This document shows positions 13,933 to 27,700 of a stretch of 64,000 nt of DNA, piece after piece. The notes beneath the pieces were generated by a model that saw only the letters and a list, made by a program, of their open reading frames with translations, did not search any database and was not told the DNA's origin. Positions within the stretch are counted from its first letter, which is position 1, and every line of letters begins with the position of its first letter. The DNA is taken from assembly GCA_017499595.2 (NCBI GenBank), contig CM038998.1, forward strand, positions 2,542,001-2,606,000. The letters run 5' to 3'. The DNA comes from Psilocybe cubensis. Lineage: Eukaryota. Position numbers and translations under genes: made by a program.

Positions 13933-14139
13933 TACATTAATATTCACCAACAACTAACCAATGGCCATAATTTATTCTTAATTTCTTATGTCAGGGACAC
14001 TCAACACTGTAGCTTGCGCAGTCTCTTGCTTATTTTAATCATGACATTCTTTTTCTCGGAAATAAAATGTTTTCATCTCTTGAACATTGCATTAATGTCA
14101 CATTCTATATTGGAAGGGTTGCAAAAATATTTGAGGATT

Positions 14140-14786
14140 TTATTTCCGCATGAGAAGATAGATGGGGTCTCCAAGTACAATGCTGGTCATATGCCGAGAC
14201 GAACCAGTCAGAGACATGAGCAATCCTCCAAAAGATATATATGCAGTCCTGTATGAGTTTCAGTATCAATTCTTGGAGACATGGAAGACAGCTTACACAA
14301 TTTCTCCAGAATCAGAGTCGAATTTGTAGATCTTTTTTAGATTCAGTATCCATATCACTCATAGATAACAACATCCGACATACCTTGCCATACATTACAT
14401 AGTCGTACTCGTCTTCCAGACCTCTGTTTCCCTTGCCATCTGGTCTCCACACATCTCGTTCAGAATCGTCGTCACCCGCGCCTTCGGTCTTAGGTGCCCC
14501 TCCTTTGGCAAGAGATGATGCCAATGCTAATGCGAAATTTTGATCTTTTTGCAAGGGAAACAACTCGACGTTGTAATCTAACGTCAGGTCCATATCATAG
14601 TTTTTGGAGTGCGCATACAACCTAGAGACTAGGCATTATTTTGCGTTAGAAGAAATTTATACTGAATTGGAGCAGAAACATTAAAACTAAGGGAACCACA
14701 CCTCTGTCAAATTTTTTCCCTTCTTTATCAATTGCATTAATACTGAATATGTCGTCGAACACGATGCTTGATGCCGCAGCCGTCAT
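14140..14786 (-). CDS. RPB8: RNA polymerase I/II/III shared subunit RPABC3
   Basis: Exons give MTAAASSIVFDDIFSINAIDKEGKKFDR-VSRL...DLTLDYNVELFP...DEYDYVMYGK...SFGGLLMSLTG...IYLLMRK*. Confidence 0.93.
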
Positions 14787-14897
14787 AGTGGTTTAAAGAA
14801 AGAACAGTGCAAAGAGTACTCGAGTACATACTTGCAAACAAAGTGGTAAAGAAACCCGGCCCGAGATCCAATGCATCTTTCATTTCCCTCTACTACT

Positions 14898-15673
14898 ATG
14901 CATTCACTTTTTGCTAGGTACTTGCGTAACGTTCCGCGAGTGAGTGGGTCCATGAAATGGGGTTTGCGTTTTGCTTCTTCTGCTTTTATACTGCACCATC
15001 CTCCAGCAAGTGCTCCTAGAGAGTCGCCAACACCAATGGTCCTTGTCTCAGCGACGTCTTGGGACGATTCTTCGGGCAGGTAGGCTCTAGCTTCTCAATC
15101 ACAGTATAAGTGGGCTCAACCATCCTTTCAGAATGACATCTCTGTCCGCCATGTTAGCTGAAAAAGGCTTTACTTGTGTTCAAACTGATTTGAAAATTTC
15201 TGACTGTTCCATGAACGATGCGCAGGCAATTATGAAAAGCTTTGAATCTGGTGAATAAATGAAAGGAAACTTTCTTTACAAACACTCGTTAATTATATTA
15301 TTCAGAGCTCTCGTCCATGATTCGCCTAGCTGCCATCCCTTTTCCACCTGTTATAATCGCCCGGGGGGCAGCATGTGTAGTTGCACAGACATACATTTCC
15401 TCTCATCCAGCTTCTGGAATGATTTTGCTCTCCCCACCTGCATCGAACGCCGAACTAGTGGAGAGTTGTAAACTCCCGACGCCCTTAACAGAGTTCAACT
15501 TTGAACCTAATTTCCCAATTGCTATCATTGGCTCTCCTGCAGAAGTAAAACACCTGCGCAAGAACAACAGAATATGCCAAAGTCAAAATGTTGATATTAT
15601 TTCCGTCGAAGACATGGACGAATCCCAGATATTTTTTGAGATAGACCTTTGGCTGGACAAGTGCGGGATGTAG
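14898..15673 (+). CDS. Uncharacterised alpha/beta-hydrolase-fold-like protein, possibly mitochondrial
   Basis: Three exons. Arg-rich N-terminus, PMVLVS, LAEKGFTCVQTDL, PPVIIARGAACVVAQTY and SGMILLSPP resemble the hydrolase topology. Confidence 0.5.
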
Positions 15674-16067
15674 CAGCACTGTTCAACGACCCATAACACC
15701 TTTGATTGATTGCGCCCCTTCCTGTTAAACCTATGCAAAAAATTATGTGCTCAGTTGGTCGGCCCCCCCGTCGTTATAGAACCCATGATGTCGTTACCGC
15801 AGCTTAACCATAGTTATTGTCGTCAGGAAACAAGTTGCTCGCAATTGGCAGTGGCTACACATTTTCTGCACCTTCAAACAATGTACAGGTATAACTTGTT
15901 ATGAAGGAATGAAGTGAATAGATTTCGACCCCATTTAACAACATGTTACAAAACGACAATAATGATATTAGAAATTATTACAAGTATGCTTGGAAGCACA
16001 TAAATTATGTAGGAGGGGTATGATCTTGAAGGGAATATGTCTTTTAGCAATGCGATGACGTTTGATT

Positions 16068-17160
16068 CTATGGCGTCTCCGCCATTTTTTCCTCATCTGT
16101 GACTTTGGAGAACCCCGGTAAAGAAAATTTCCATGACGCACGCGCTGCAAGGACCCGCCTGACCTGATGTTGTATAAGTTCGTGAAGTTTTGGTACATTA
16201 GCTAGCTTGGCGCGACTACCCATAAGAGAAGTTGTCGTCAAGTCGAGAATGAAGTTAGGAGATATCATCAGAGTGAAAGCAGGCGCGCTATCGGTCGTGG
16301 AAGGAGGTCTGACACATATCTATTACAAGGGACCGATATAAGCAATGTAATCACCCTGAATCCAAATTGTTACTCACTGAAGATTTGAATTGGGATAAAG
16401 ATATAGTAAGAGAGATGGGTAGCCTAGCAAAAGAGGCTGTTGGATAATTAAAAAGATATGTCGTTGACAGGGATAGAGATATTGTGTCAGTATATGAAGC
16501 GTCAAATTCTATTTCCTGCTACGATGAATGAACTCAAGGTACGTGCAAATACAAGGAAAAACATACTGTGGGCGGGTTGTCTTGTACGCGATGAATACGC
16601 GCGTTATATAGCGAGGGAGCAGACGAGCCTAGATTTACTGAGTGAATGGTTATATGATCCTGGATGGAATGCGCTTGAGCTTAGAATCTTTTCCGTCTCG
16701 ATGAGTGAATGAAATATGCGTACCACGAAGCCCACGGGCCGAACAGAGTTTGCATAGGCTTCTATACGTTTTCGAGCAATTTCGTCTCCCTCTATGCCTT
16801 CGACATCATCACGCAGCTTAGAACGGTAAACGGCAACGACCTAAATTGTAAAGGTCAAACAAGAGGAATTAGGTCAACTGGGGCTAGGTTCCTTGCCTGT
16901 TGAAGTATTGTATTGAACCATTCAGTGGTCTCCGAGGCATCAGGATCGTGATCTGGAGCCGTTTTACGCGCCTGGAAGTTACGCTGCCTAGCGAACGCGT
17001 CTTTATCGACCTGTTGATGGTATGAAGCTGTCCGAAGTGGATCCTGGGAGGATTCGAGAAAGAGGTATTTAAGAATCATACCCAGAAGGACGAGAATAGA
17101 AAGCTGGCCGATTATGAGACCCTGTGTAAAGGTGGGCTGGAATAAAAACGGCAGGGTCAT
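16068..17160 (-). CDS. MMM1: ERMES subunit Mmm1 (SMP domain)
   Basis: TM segment TFTQGLIIGQLSILVLLGMILKYLF, ETTEWFN, and C-terminal SLMGSRAKLANVPKLHELI. Confidence 0.9.
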
Positions 17161-17319
17161 GGTCGTTGGTGGGGTAAATATTATGGTTCTCAATAAGTAC
17201 ACCCGATGCGACCTTGAATTTGATATTTCGATGTGCACACGCCGGGATTAAGCTGGAGAAGCATTTGAGAAGCATGTGTTAAAAAATGTGATAAGATTAA
17301 GTAATCCTGTTACTTGACA

Positions 17320-18859
17320 ATGTCCAGCATCAATGCCTTAGTTTCATGGCCAGCCGCTCCCTTAACAGATTCTCTCGTACGCAAGGCTCTCGATCAGCTC
17401 TCCCTTACAATATCTTTTGTCGACAAAGCACAGGCTAAATCAGTGACACCATTACTGCAATGGTGCACCTACGATGACATGGACCACGAGCTCATGCATT
17501 TCAATCGCAAAACCGTTCTATCGTCTAGTTACACTTTCAGGAAAGCTCTGATTCGGAAACACTTTTTGTCTCGCATTATACACTCATATACGACCAAGAA
17601 CCCTACGTCTATTTTGAAAAATTCGGTTCCTAGAACGTTTGAAATCGAGATCTCATTTGCGGACGAGCTGGATGAATTATGGACAGACGAACTCTGGGAG
17701 CTTGGCGCTGAGCTGGACAACGGTAAATCGTGGTGGATTTTGAAACCGTACGAGTAATGATTATCTGAATGTCTGCACTGAACCAACTATCCCTAGAGGT
17801 ATGGCAGATAGAGGGTCTGGGATCAGAGTGTTTCATAGCAAAGAAGGTTTACAAGAGATCTTTGAAGAGTTTGAGGAGCAGAGCGATGAAGAAAATGAAG
17901 ATGGAGACGGGAATACGCAAAGAGAAACATCCGTTGTAACCTCGCAACTCCGACATTTCGTGGTACAGGTTTGTTTGCATTATCATTATCGTTTGAACGT
18001 TTACCAATCATGTTGAAGGAGTATATCGATACCCCGTTGCTTTTTGACCCAACGGAAACCACTAAACAAAATCCGAAAATCGACGAACTCGTTGGGCGCA
18101 AAGTAAGAGAAAAAATTTGTTTGCTCGATGGATTATACTGACAACCGAATCTTCCAAGTTTCATCTTCGTGTATATTGCGTTGCTAAAGCAGACATAGAG
18201 CTATATGTTTATGATCGAATACTGGCTCTGTTTTCTTCTGTTCCGTACACCTCTCTCTCTGCTAGAGACGGAGGGGACGAAGGTGCAGATATTGATCTCC
18301 GACCACATCTTACCAATACCTCGCTCCAGACGGAGCTAGGAGAAAGTAATGTAAGGCTGTTAGACGAGTTGGAAAACTGCCACATTATATCGGGGGAAGA
18401 AAATGTCAAGTTCACAACCTCTGATATCAAATCTCTGCGGGCCGATGTAGCTGAAGTTCTCGGCGACGTGTTCAAAGCCGCACTTCAAAACCCTGTCCAT
18501 TTCCAGGTACTTGGCTTTTAATTATTAGTTATAGTGACCAAGTTTAATAAAATTTTTAGGCACTCCCGAATGCTTTTGAGCTCTATGGAGTCGATTTTGT
18601 GGTTAGCCATGAACCGTCCAATCCCGACAAAAAGCTTCACGTTAAACTCTTGGAAATAAATGCCGAACCAGCAATTGAGCTTACGGGCCCTCGGTTAACC
18701 TGGTTCTTAGAAGATCTTTTCAAAAGAATTGGGCAGGTGTGTGTGGAACCATTTATCGTCCACAAGGAAGAAGGGGCCAAGTCATGGCATGTGGGTGAAA
18801 CCAAATACAATTTCATCAAGTGTTTGGATGAAAATATACGGGCAATGGGTTCAAACTAA
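17320..18859 (+). CDS. Tubulin-tyrosine ligase family (ATP-grasp) protein, Pby1-like TTL domain
   Basis: SSYTFRKALIRKHFL, WILKP-GMADRGSGIRVF, SQLRHFVVQEYI, KFHLRVY, HLTNTSLQ, FELYGVDF and LLEINAEP. Confidence 0.88.
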
Positions 18860-19023
18860 TATAGAGTGTGAACCCATTGGGCTGGGCGATGAATGTGGTA
18901 GTATTTCTGGAGAAGTAGAATTATGGTCTATTGACGGTTATTTGCACTCAACGCCGAAAGCCTGGTTGGCCTGGTGCATGATGATTTGAGGATTTTGAAA
19001 TTCATCAGTCTACTTCTCCTCAA

Positions 19024-20518
19024 ATGTCTCTTGAGTCCGGACCATCTACTCCATCTAAAAGGAGGTCAAAATGGGAAGAGTATGTCGAGGAAGATCTTCC
19101 TCATATCTCCCACCTAAAGCGACGGATCAAACACAAACCTTCTAAAGAGGTCGAGGAATCTCAAGAAGTCGCGCATCCTACCCCAAATAATCTCACTCCG
19201 ACCTTCAAACCTCTGCACAGCATATTTGTACCTGCTCGAACTCGTCACCCTCCCATACTTCCTTCTCGCTCTGTGTACTCGTATGAACGGCTCAATCAAA
19301 TCGAAGAAGGGTCTTACGGCGTTGTTTTCCGGGCAAGAGATAAAAAGACTGGTGACATCGTTGCTCTCAAGAAATTGAAGCTTGACGAGGAAAAAAACGG
19401 GTTCCCTATAACTGCTTTGCGTGAGATATATGCGCTTATGTCCTGTCGGCACGATAATGTAGTGGGTATTCGAGAAGTCGTTGTCGGCGACACGTTGACG
19501 CAGTGCGTACTGAGTTTATCTGTTTGTCTTCGTTTTCATATAATCACAATTCAATTTTCTTTCTGTATCTGAATGGAGAAGAGTTTTTGTTGTGATGGAT
19601 TTCATTGAACATGATCTCAAGACGTTGCTCACCCTGATGCCCTCGCCTTTTCTGCAATCCGAGATCAAGACACTCATGATGCAATTGTTGTCCGCTGTAC
19701 ATCATTGCCATGAAAATTGGATACTTCACAGGGATCTTAAAACAAGCAATTTGCTCATGAACAATCGTGGAACCATCAAGGTAGCTGACTTCGGCCTGGC
19801 AAGGCGCTATGGTGATCCAGTTGGTGTTGGTGGAATGACACAGTTGGTGGTCACACTTTGGTACCGGTATGTCCAGCAAAGTTTCATCTTTCCTTGACTG
19901 AATGAAAAATATTAGAGCACCTGAAATCCTTTTAGGCGCGACGACATATTCTACAGCAATTGACTTATGGTCTGTTGGCTGTATTTTTGCCGAACTTCTC
20001 CTTAAGGAACCATTGTTTCAAGCACAAGGCGAACTTGAGTTGATTTCCATGATTTTCAAACTTTTGGGTCCCCCGACAAAGCAATCATGGCCCGACTATT
20101 CGTCACTTCCTCTGGCGAAGACCATTTCGCTACCTTCCCCACAGCCGCATCAATTTCGCCAAAAATTCCCATATCTTACCTCTGTTGGTCTTGATTTATT
20201 GATGTCGTTATTGACATATGACCCAGAGCAAAGGATATCCGCTGAAGAGGCCCTGCAACATCCTTATTTTAGGTTTGCTTACAGATACTATGTTTGGTTT
20301 TTTACTCGCTCATTTCCCTGTAGTGAATCTCCTCTGCCTAAACACCCAGACATGTTTGGTTCCTTTCCATCTGCTGCTGCAGGCGAGAAGTAAGTTCTAA
20401 TGAAAGACGTTTTGATAATGATTTTAAAATCTTTTTCTTTCACAGAAGGCGAAAACCATACGAAAGCCCGACGGCTCCACGAGGTGCAAATTATGGAGTA
20501 CTTGATGAAATGCAATAA
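19024..20518 (+). CDS. Cyclin-dependent kinase, CDK11/PITSLRE-like
   Basis: [39 protein letters not shown] and VVTLWYRAPE. Confidence 0.92.
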
Positions 20519-20691
20519 TACAGGTATATCTGTGATGCGTAACGTTCATAGAAATATTTTGTAAGTAACCTGGACTCGATTTCAGTATGTATCTCTATCA
20601 GAAGTAGAAGATGCGGAGAAGAAACCGCAACACCATTCATGGAGATATGCAATTTAGGTTGATACGAATAATTGTTCGTTAAAGAATCAGT

Positions 20692-22545
20692 TTAGGTTTT
20701 GAAATCTTTGGGATCGCTAAATTTGGCTACAAGTTCTTCTCGCATGCGTTGGAAACGCATACGGGTTTGGCTCATTTCACCGCATTTATCATAAAATTCT
20801 TGAACTTCTTCCACTGTGAACCTGAAATCTCTTGCTATATCACGGATACCTTGATCGATGACATGCATATCAGCAATCGCCACCAAGGCGGACGGTGGCA
20901 GCGGTGATTGTGATTCGCTGTTGAGTGACGAGTCAGCGGTAGGAGTGGAAGTCACGCTGGAAAAGTTGTGTCAACCTAGTGAAGGGGAAGAAGCAAACAA
21001 AATCTTACAATGAAACGCGAAGCCTCTTCTCTTTCTCATTATCCCCTTCGTCAGGTGCCTTTCTTTTGGTACTCCAAGATGGGGGTGAGTCGTTTGAAAT
21101 ACGTATAGCCCATTCCGGATCATCATCCTCTTCTTCCGCTGGACTTTTTCTTATAGTGGAGCGATCAAGTGGTACAGAAGATGGCACAGGGAGAATTGCG
21201 GAATAGGCGCTGCCAACATCGGCCAAATCTTGTAAAGTGGTAATGGCATGATGAAGCTGTGCACCATTGATTTCAGGTCGAATGTTGGATAGGTTGCTAG
21301 GTCCTGGCATTGAATTTGTGGCATCTTCATTTGTAAATTCCTCAGATTGATATACATGCTCGTTGGTCTTTGCTTTCTTGCGTCGCACACGCTTAGGTTT
21401 GTCTTCAGGTTGACGAACGTAGCCATACTGTCCTTTGTCACCGGGAATAGGTTTCTTTTGTTCCACGATACGGGCAATGACAACGTCGAGCCTAGAAGAA
21501 TTCTTCTTATATCTTTCCCTCCATGATTGCCAGGTATGGCGAGTTACCCAAGCGTATTCGGGATCCGAGCTCTGAATTTCAGTTAAATAACACGATGCAA
21601 ATCTAACATATGAAGTCCTCACTAGATCGCACAATTGTTGGTATAAACGATTTCCAGTCCTGCCACCTGTTTCTTTGTACGGTATCTTGGCCGCAATCCA
21701 GTTGCAAAGGTGTTCTTCGTCTTGGTCGGTAAATTGAGTGCGTCTACATCATCAGTCAGCATTCTGAACAGACGTGTTGAAGCAAGATAACATACTCTTC
21801 ACCGGGCCTGCGACCACCGGGGTTCTTGTAAACCAAGGGGGTGAAAACCACACTCCCTTTTTCGATACATTTCTTGACCCAGAGGTACGATTCAATATAC
21901 TTGTCTGAGACGCCTTGGTACGTTTTAACGAGGTGTTGGAACACCTCTGTATTTGGGTCTGCTAAGATGACGCGTGCAGATTGAGCAGATGCTTGAGGGT
22001 CGCCCCCGGAGTGCTAAGAAATGGCATCATGAATACGTATTGAAATGAGATTACGACTGGAACATGCCATAATTCGAGAGCTCAACGCGCTCCTAGCGTT
22101 TACATTGGCAATGCTGGGGTGGATATGCATTCGAAGAGGCGCCCCATTCTCCACAAAAATTTGCTTCAAGAGCATGCCAGCGATCTTACATGCCTCGACA
22201 TATGTGTACGGAACGAAGTATCTCTCAGGCCTGTCCGGGCTAGTCCAGCATAAGCGTAGTCTTTCCTCTTCGGCCGTTCCGGGTTGTACAAGTATATAGC
22301 CCTGTCGAGGCACCTTCGCCTCGACCCTTCCACCAAGAGACTGTTCAAGATCAATCACAAGAGAGATTAGGGGCAGATTGTAGGCAACTTACAGTCACTG
22401 TTTCGCAGAGCTCTGCTTGAACCTCTTGCGGAAGATCCTTTTGTATGAAGAACTTGACCGCAAGGCCGTTATCATCTTGAAAGATGGGCTGTCGAATGCT
22501 TTCAGAATAAGATAGACGGGGGAGACCCGTCGATGTACATACCAT
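20692..22545 (-). CDS. Rap1/TERF2IP-like telomere protein (two BRCT-like units, Myb domain, short helical C-terminus)
   Basis: Myb segment RTQFTDQDEEHLCNWIA...GGRTGNRLYQQL...RHTWQSWRERYKK. Two N-terminal BRCT-like units end in YVEAC and WVKKC. The probable first exon is the ATG alone. Confidence 0.75.
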
Positions 22546-22568
22546 TCGTCGATGTTTTGTGTGCCCCA

Positions 22569-22620
22569 AGGTTAAGGTTGAGGGTAGCGGTAGGGTTTCA
22601 ACCAACCGACAAGGGTTAGG
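22569..22620. promoter_or_regulatory. Cluster of telomere-like motifs (telo-box AAACCCTA and CCTAACCC on the minus strand) upstream of the Rap1-like gene
   Basis: Plus strand AGGTTAAGGTTGAGGGTAGCGGTAGGGTTT...AAGGGTTAGG, 24-75 nt upstream of the ATG at 22545. Confidence 0.4.
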
Positions 22621-22746
22621 TCTTCCTTATGTAACCTCAGTTAATTACATCGGAAATTTCCGGATACCCCCCGAAAGACAAACAGAGATCCAATTTGGAT
22701 CTGGCCTTTATGTATGTCTGTTATATATTTTATATATGTTTGAAAT

Positions 22747-24628
22747 CTACTCTAGAACCTTTCCTGGGTTCATAATACCGTTGGGATCAAAGATACCCTT
22801 GATCTTTTTCATCAGCTGGATGCTGACTTCACTTTTAGAGTATGGTAGTGCATGGGTTTTCATGGCACCAATCCCATGCTCAGCTGATATGGAGCCCCTA
22901 TGTGAAGCTATGCATGTTTATTAGTAGGAGACCTCAGAGTGCGCGTAGGTAGACAACCACATACAAACAACCTCGTAGATATATGGTTCCAGCGCATTTT
23001 CGATCTCGGGAAGATAAGAGTCAGCAACAATATTGAGATGCAAGTTGCCTGTGTAAAGTGATGACTGAACACTTGGTTCGACAAAGAAAAGACAAAAAAC
23101 ACTAACCGTCTCCGACATGACCATACCCAAGGACGAATTTGACGGCTTTGTCGTGGAGCAAGCCCTTTGATCGCAGGTGTTCCCGCGTATTGTCCACTAC
23201 ATCTTTGAAAGATGAAAGTGGGACCGATATGTCATATTTGTATGCCTTCCCTTCCTTTGATACGGCCTCTGTAACTCCTTCACGCAATGCCCACAAAGAC
23301 GAGAACTGGGCAGGTGATTGTGACAAGACGCCCGTATTAACCAAAGGCTTGTCTGCAGTAAGCAAAAGCTCTAGGAGATCGTTAAGTTTCTATGGAAATG
23401 TCAATAGAGAACCGAATTGGATTAAAAACGTCATTTTTACCTCCTCGTCGTGTTCCCTTCGCCCACCGCTGGTTTCCACTAGGACAAAGCATTCTGCTCC
23501 CTCAACGTCTTCGTCACTGAGTGCCCTGCCCTGTCCATGTTTCACTGCCAAATCGTAAGCTGTACGATCAATAAATTCGAAAGCAGACAGGATTTCAGAG
23601 AGCTGGCGTTTGACAGTTTGATATAGTGGAAGAACATTATCAAAAGAAGGCAGAGCAAGAATGACGTTATTAGAGGCTTGAGGCGCTGGTGGTGTCAAGA
23701 TGGACACTCCCGTGATGACACCGAGGGTACCCTCCGCGCCAATGAACAATTGCTTCAAATCATATCCTGATCAAAATCAGACATCAAACGGGAGCAATGT
23801 GCCCGAGAAGAGGAGACATACCGGTGTTGTCTTTACGCAAGGTAGTTAGCTGATCTAAAATTGTACCATCTGGCAATACGACTTCGAGACCCAGGACGGT
23901 GCCGTGTAGTGAGCCGTAACGCAATAGACGTAAGCCGCCAGCATTTGTAGCGACATTTCCACCTATTTGACAGCTACACACGATAATTGACAAGATTTCT
24001 CGGACATTAAGCGCACTGCAAAACCACATACGGATTTAGACCCACCTGCCTTTGGCTCCCAGATCAATAGGCATGATGTGATTATGGGGTGCAACATAGT
24101 CGGTGAGCGACTGAAGAATACAACCGGCATCTGCCACCAATATGCCTGTTGCAGCGGGAGGTCAGAAAAAGAATAGCAAATGAAGACAGCAGCCTGACCT
24201 GAGACAGGATCAAATGACCGGACTTTATTGAGGTTGGAGAGGGAGAGAATAACCTCATTATTCACGGGGACACTCCCACCGACGAGACCAGTGTTCCCAC
24301 CCTGCGGAACGACGCCGATGCGTCTTTGGTTGCACCACTGGAGGATTTTGCTGACCTCCTGGGTTGTCTTTGGTTTTAGAACTGTGGTGGATTGACCGCG
24401 AAACCTGCCTATCCAGTCATTGTTGTACTGATCGAGTTCGTCTGGAGGACTGGGTGCGGGTGGAAGGGTGGAAATGATAGCTGCCGGGGGGAGAAAGGAG
24501 GCAAAATGAGAGATGTCCTGCTCTGTAACCGGGGTTAGATGGGAAGTGAGATTTGGATGGACAAGAGTTGAGTAGGCAGCGCGACGGGCGCAAGCGGCAG
24601 GCCTTACGCAGAGCCTGGAGACGAACAT
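22747..24628 (-). CDS. DLD2: Mitochondrial D-2-hydroxyglutarate/D-lactate dehydrogenase (FAD-linked oxidase)
   Basis: [69 protein letters not shown] and [12 protein letters not shown]. Confidence 0.92.
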
Positions 24629-24759
24629 GGCTGATGCAGACTGAGAATAATTTGTTCACAAAGTCCAAACTACTAATGATCTTACGTAATCAAAGATCTG
24701 CCCCTTCTCCTTTCCATCATTCCCAAGCCAGAATCCATGCCTGTCCTCTCTCGTTGACC

Positions 24760-27700
24760 ATGGTCCACGACCCCACTGTTCCCGACGGCCCCGACACTCA
24801 CCTCTCCGCCGCCCCGAAACCACCCGAAGAGCGTCCTCTCGTCGTCCAGCAGCATCCAGATCACCCCGACGATGTCGCCAGCGTCCATAGTATGCCTGCT
24901 GTCCATGTAACTGCCCCGTCTTCGCCTCTGGTCCCCGCTCCGTCGCCGGTATCTTCTCATGCCGCTCTGCTTTCAACCAGGTCTCCAGTACCTTCTCCGT
25001 TGCCTTCCCCGTCTAGGTCCAATACCATGCAGTCCGACGAGTCCTCGACCAGTCAGCAACAAAGAAGGGCCAGGCACAGGTCTGCGATAGAGGTGCGACG
25101 GTCTTCGATTCATGGTCGCGCATTTACTCACTTGATCCCGTCTTTCCGCAGCCCCGGTCTTCTAATAGACTTTCTGGCTTTTTCAATAACCTCATGCATC
25201 GCCGAGAACCCGTCGCTGCATCTTCGCGGGAACCCATCCACGAAGATTCCTCCCAGCCTGAGCCTGCCGCGTCAAACTCAGAGCTTGTCTCTCGTTCATC
25301 TTCTCCTCAACCTATCCGTCCAACTACACCACCACCTTCCCTCCCTGCCCCCACACTCTATGAACTTGGTCTCTCACTTTCTGCCTTGACCTCCGATCTC
25401 TGCCCGTCACATTTCAGTACTCCACCCTCCAGTGGGGCTTTGCTCGCACCACACTATCTACTTTTGTGTCATGCTCAAGGTCTAGATGTTCTGCCTCTTG
25501 TATCTCCCCCTGCCCTGCAGCCCTACGCTCTTGTCCGGCGCGTGGCGTTCAAGAGTGTTGTTGTGATGGAGCAACGGGGCGTTCTCGTAGCTATTGCAGG
25601 TAGGCGAGACGGTGTGCGTGTATATGCTCTTGAGGAGGTAAAAAAGGCTATTGAATGGCGAATAGATGTCGAAGTCAGACGAGAGCGCGACCGCAGCCGT
25701 CGGGAAAACGTCAAAAAGGTGGCGTTGCGTAATGTGGATCTCGTCGAATCCCGCGATTCAGCTGAAAAGACGCGAAAGGCTAGTCTATCTACTCCACCTC
25801 CAGGAGAATCGAACCGACTTCGCACAAATTTACTTCGGAAAAATTCTCACAACACACTGCCAGCTCCGCCATCACCCCCTCCTGTCCCTCTCATACCTCG
25901 CTCAGCTACGCCGAGAGCTCCTAAAAAACGAACGAAACCGGCAGTCCAGATACCTCCTAATATACCTTCGATTCCTCCTGCGTCCTCTGATCCTCCACCA
26001 TATGTCAGCCCGTCCGAGGTGGCGAACCCTTCCTTACAAAATCGATCATCGTATATATCGTTGAGGGCTAGATCACGAGGGGGCTCTGTCAGTAATGTTC
26101 TTGCCGCTGCACCTAGTCATCATCGGACAGCGGAGTCGTCAAGATCTCAAAACGATTCCAAAGCTGACTGGGCAGAATCTAGCGACGAAGAAGCCATCGA
26201 CGTTGTTGCGGCAGGATCCAGCGGGTCACATCTTGATGAACGGACAAGTGCAACACTGTCTTCAAGTCGTGCTGCGACGACATCACAAATACAACCGAAT
26301 GTTACCCAGACGCTTCCGGTACCAGTCCTGCCCCGCAATTCAACCACTTCTGTGAGGAGAAACCGACCCTCAAATCTCGATCTATCATTAACACGGTCAA
26401 ACACTATACCACCCCCAGAGCCATCTCCAGCTCCTACTCTAATTACATTAAGGCAGGCACTGGTTCATTCTCCCTCTTTGGTCGATGGAAATACTCCAAA
26501 TCCCGATACCCCATTCGGAGAAGTCGACGACGACGACGAAGAAATTGAGGGTCATATTAGCCTTGCACAGGCACTTTTAGAGAGTCGTATACCTGACCTT
26601 CCGCCCATAGGGACCATGCGCCCACAGGAACCAATAATTTTAACACCTTCGAGTCCCCCACTGAGGCCGTCGGAAGATACTGTCTCTCTCTCTCCTGCTG
26701 ACGGGGCTAATTCGATTGGACGCAGCAATGCTCATAATAATGCTCGGCGTCGCAGACGGTGGTCGATCATGATCAGCAGCCCGACAACTGAAGTGGGAAA
26801 CAACTCTCCGCCTACGGCGGCCGTTCCATCAACGGCGACTAGTGTGCGATCGCTGAACCGCTTTTCGCGGTCTCGCTCATTCAGATCAAGTAGCTCGCAT
26901 ACACCCACACCATTGGAAGTGTTGCCACCTAATGCTTCAACGGCCACCTTGCCCAATACTGCTGCGCCATCAATTCCCGATACCGCTTCTATTCCTGTCA
27001 CCCCACGCTCGGGTCGGTCTTCACGCTTTATCCCTCGCATCATTAGCAATGCTTTGAACAGCAGGAGACATGCCGAGCGTTCACCAGCAAGACCAGCTAC
27101 GCCTGTTGAAGTAGGGGATGGGCTGAAGTGGGCCCCTGGGGGAAATCAATCACCACCACCGAAACTAGAATATGTGAAATTGCCAGGGACGAAAGGTGCC
27201 CTCTTCATTAAAGCAGTTGAAACCCCGAAGAAGAGGTTTGTCTATAATTACGTCACAATTTCTTTCTCAAATACTCACCTTTTCGCACAGTTTCCTTGCC
27301 ATCCTCTGTGGTGACAATGGCGAAAAGGTCGAATTATTTGCCGGAACCTACCGCACAGCCCTAGGATTATCACGGACGTTTATTCTGCCGGATTCGCCAC
27401 GTTCATTGGAACTGCAGCTACAAGGAGATGATCTTGTCGAAGTTTTCCTTGTTTTTGCTCAGAATGTCTTTGGCCTAGAGCCTGCTACAGTCAGAGTACG
27501 TGAAGTAAGAATCGGCCGGGCAGAACGAAGAGCTGCAAGGCGACGTGCCCGAGAGACCAGGCCGGGAGAGCCCACCCCAGCAGAACAAGAACCGCCCGAT
27601 GACGAAACAAATGTAAATGTTAACATTGGCATATCCGTTCCCGTTGCTTCTACTGCCACTGAACCTGAGTCTGAGCGGTCTGGAAGTCCAACCCTAGTTG

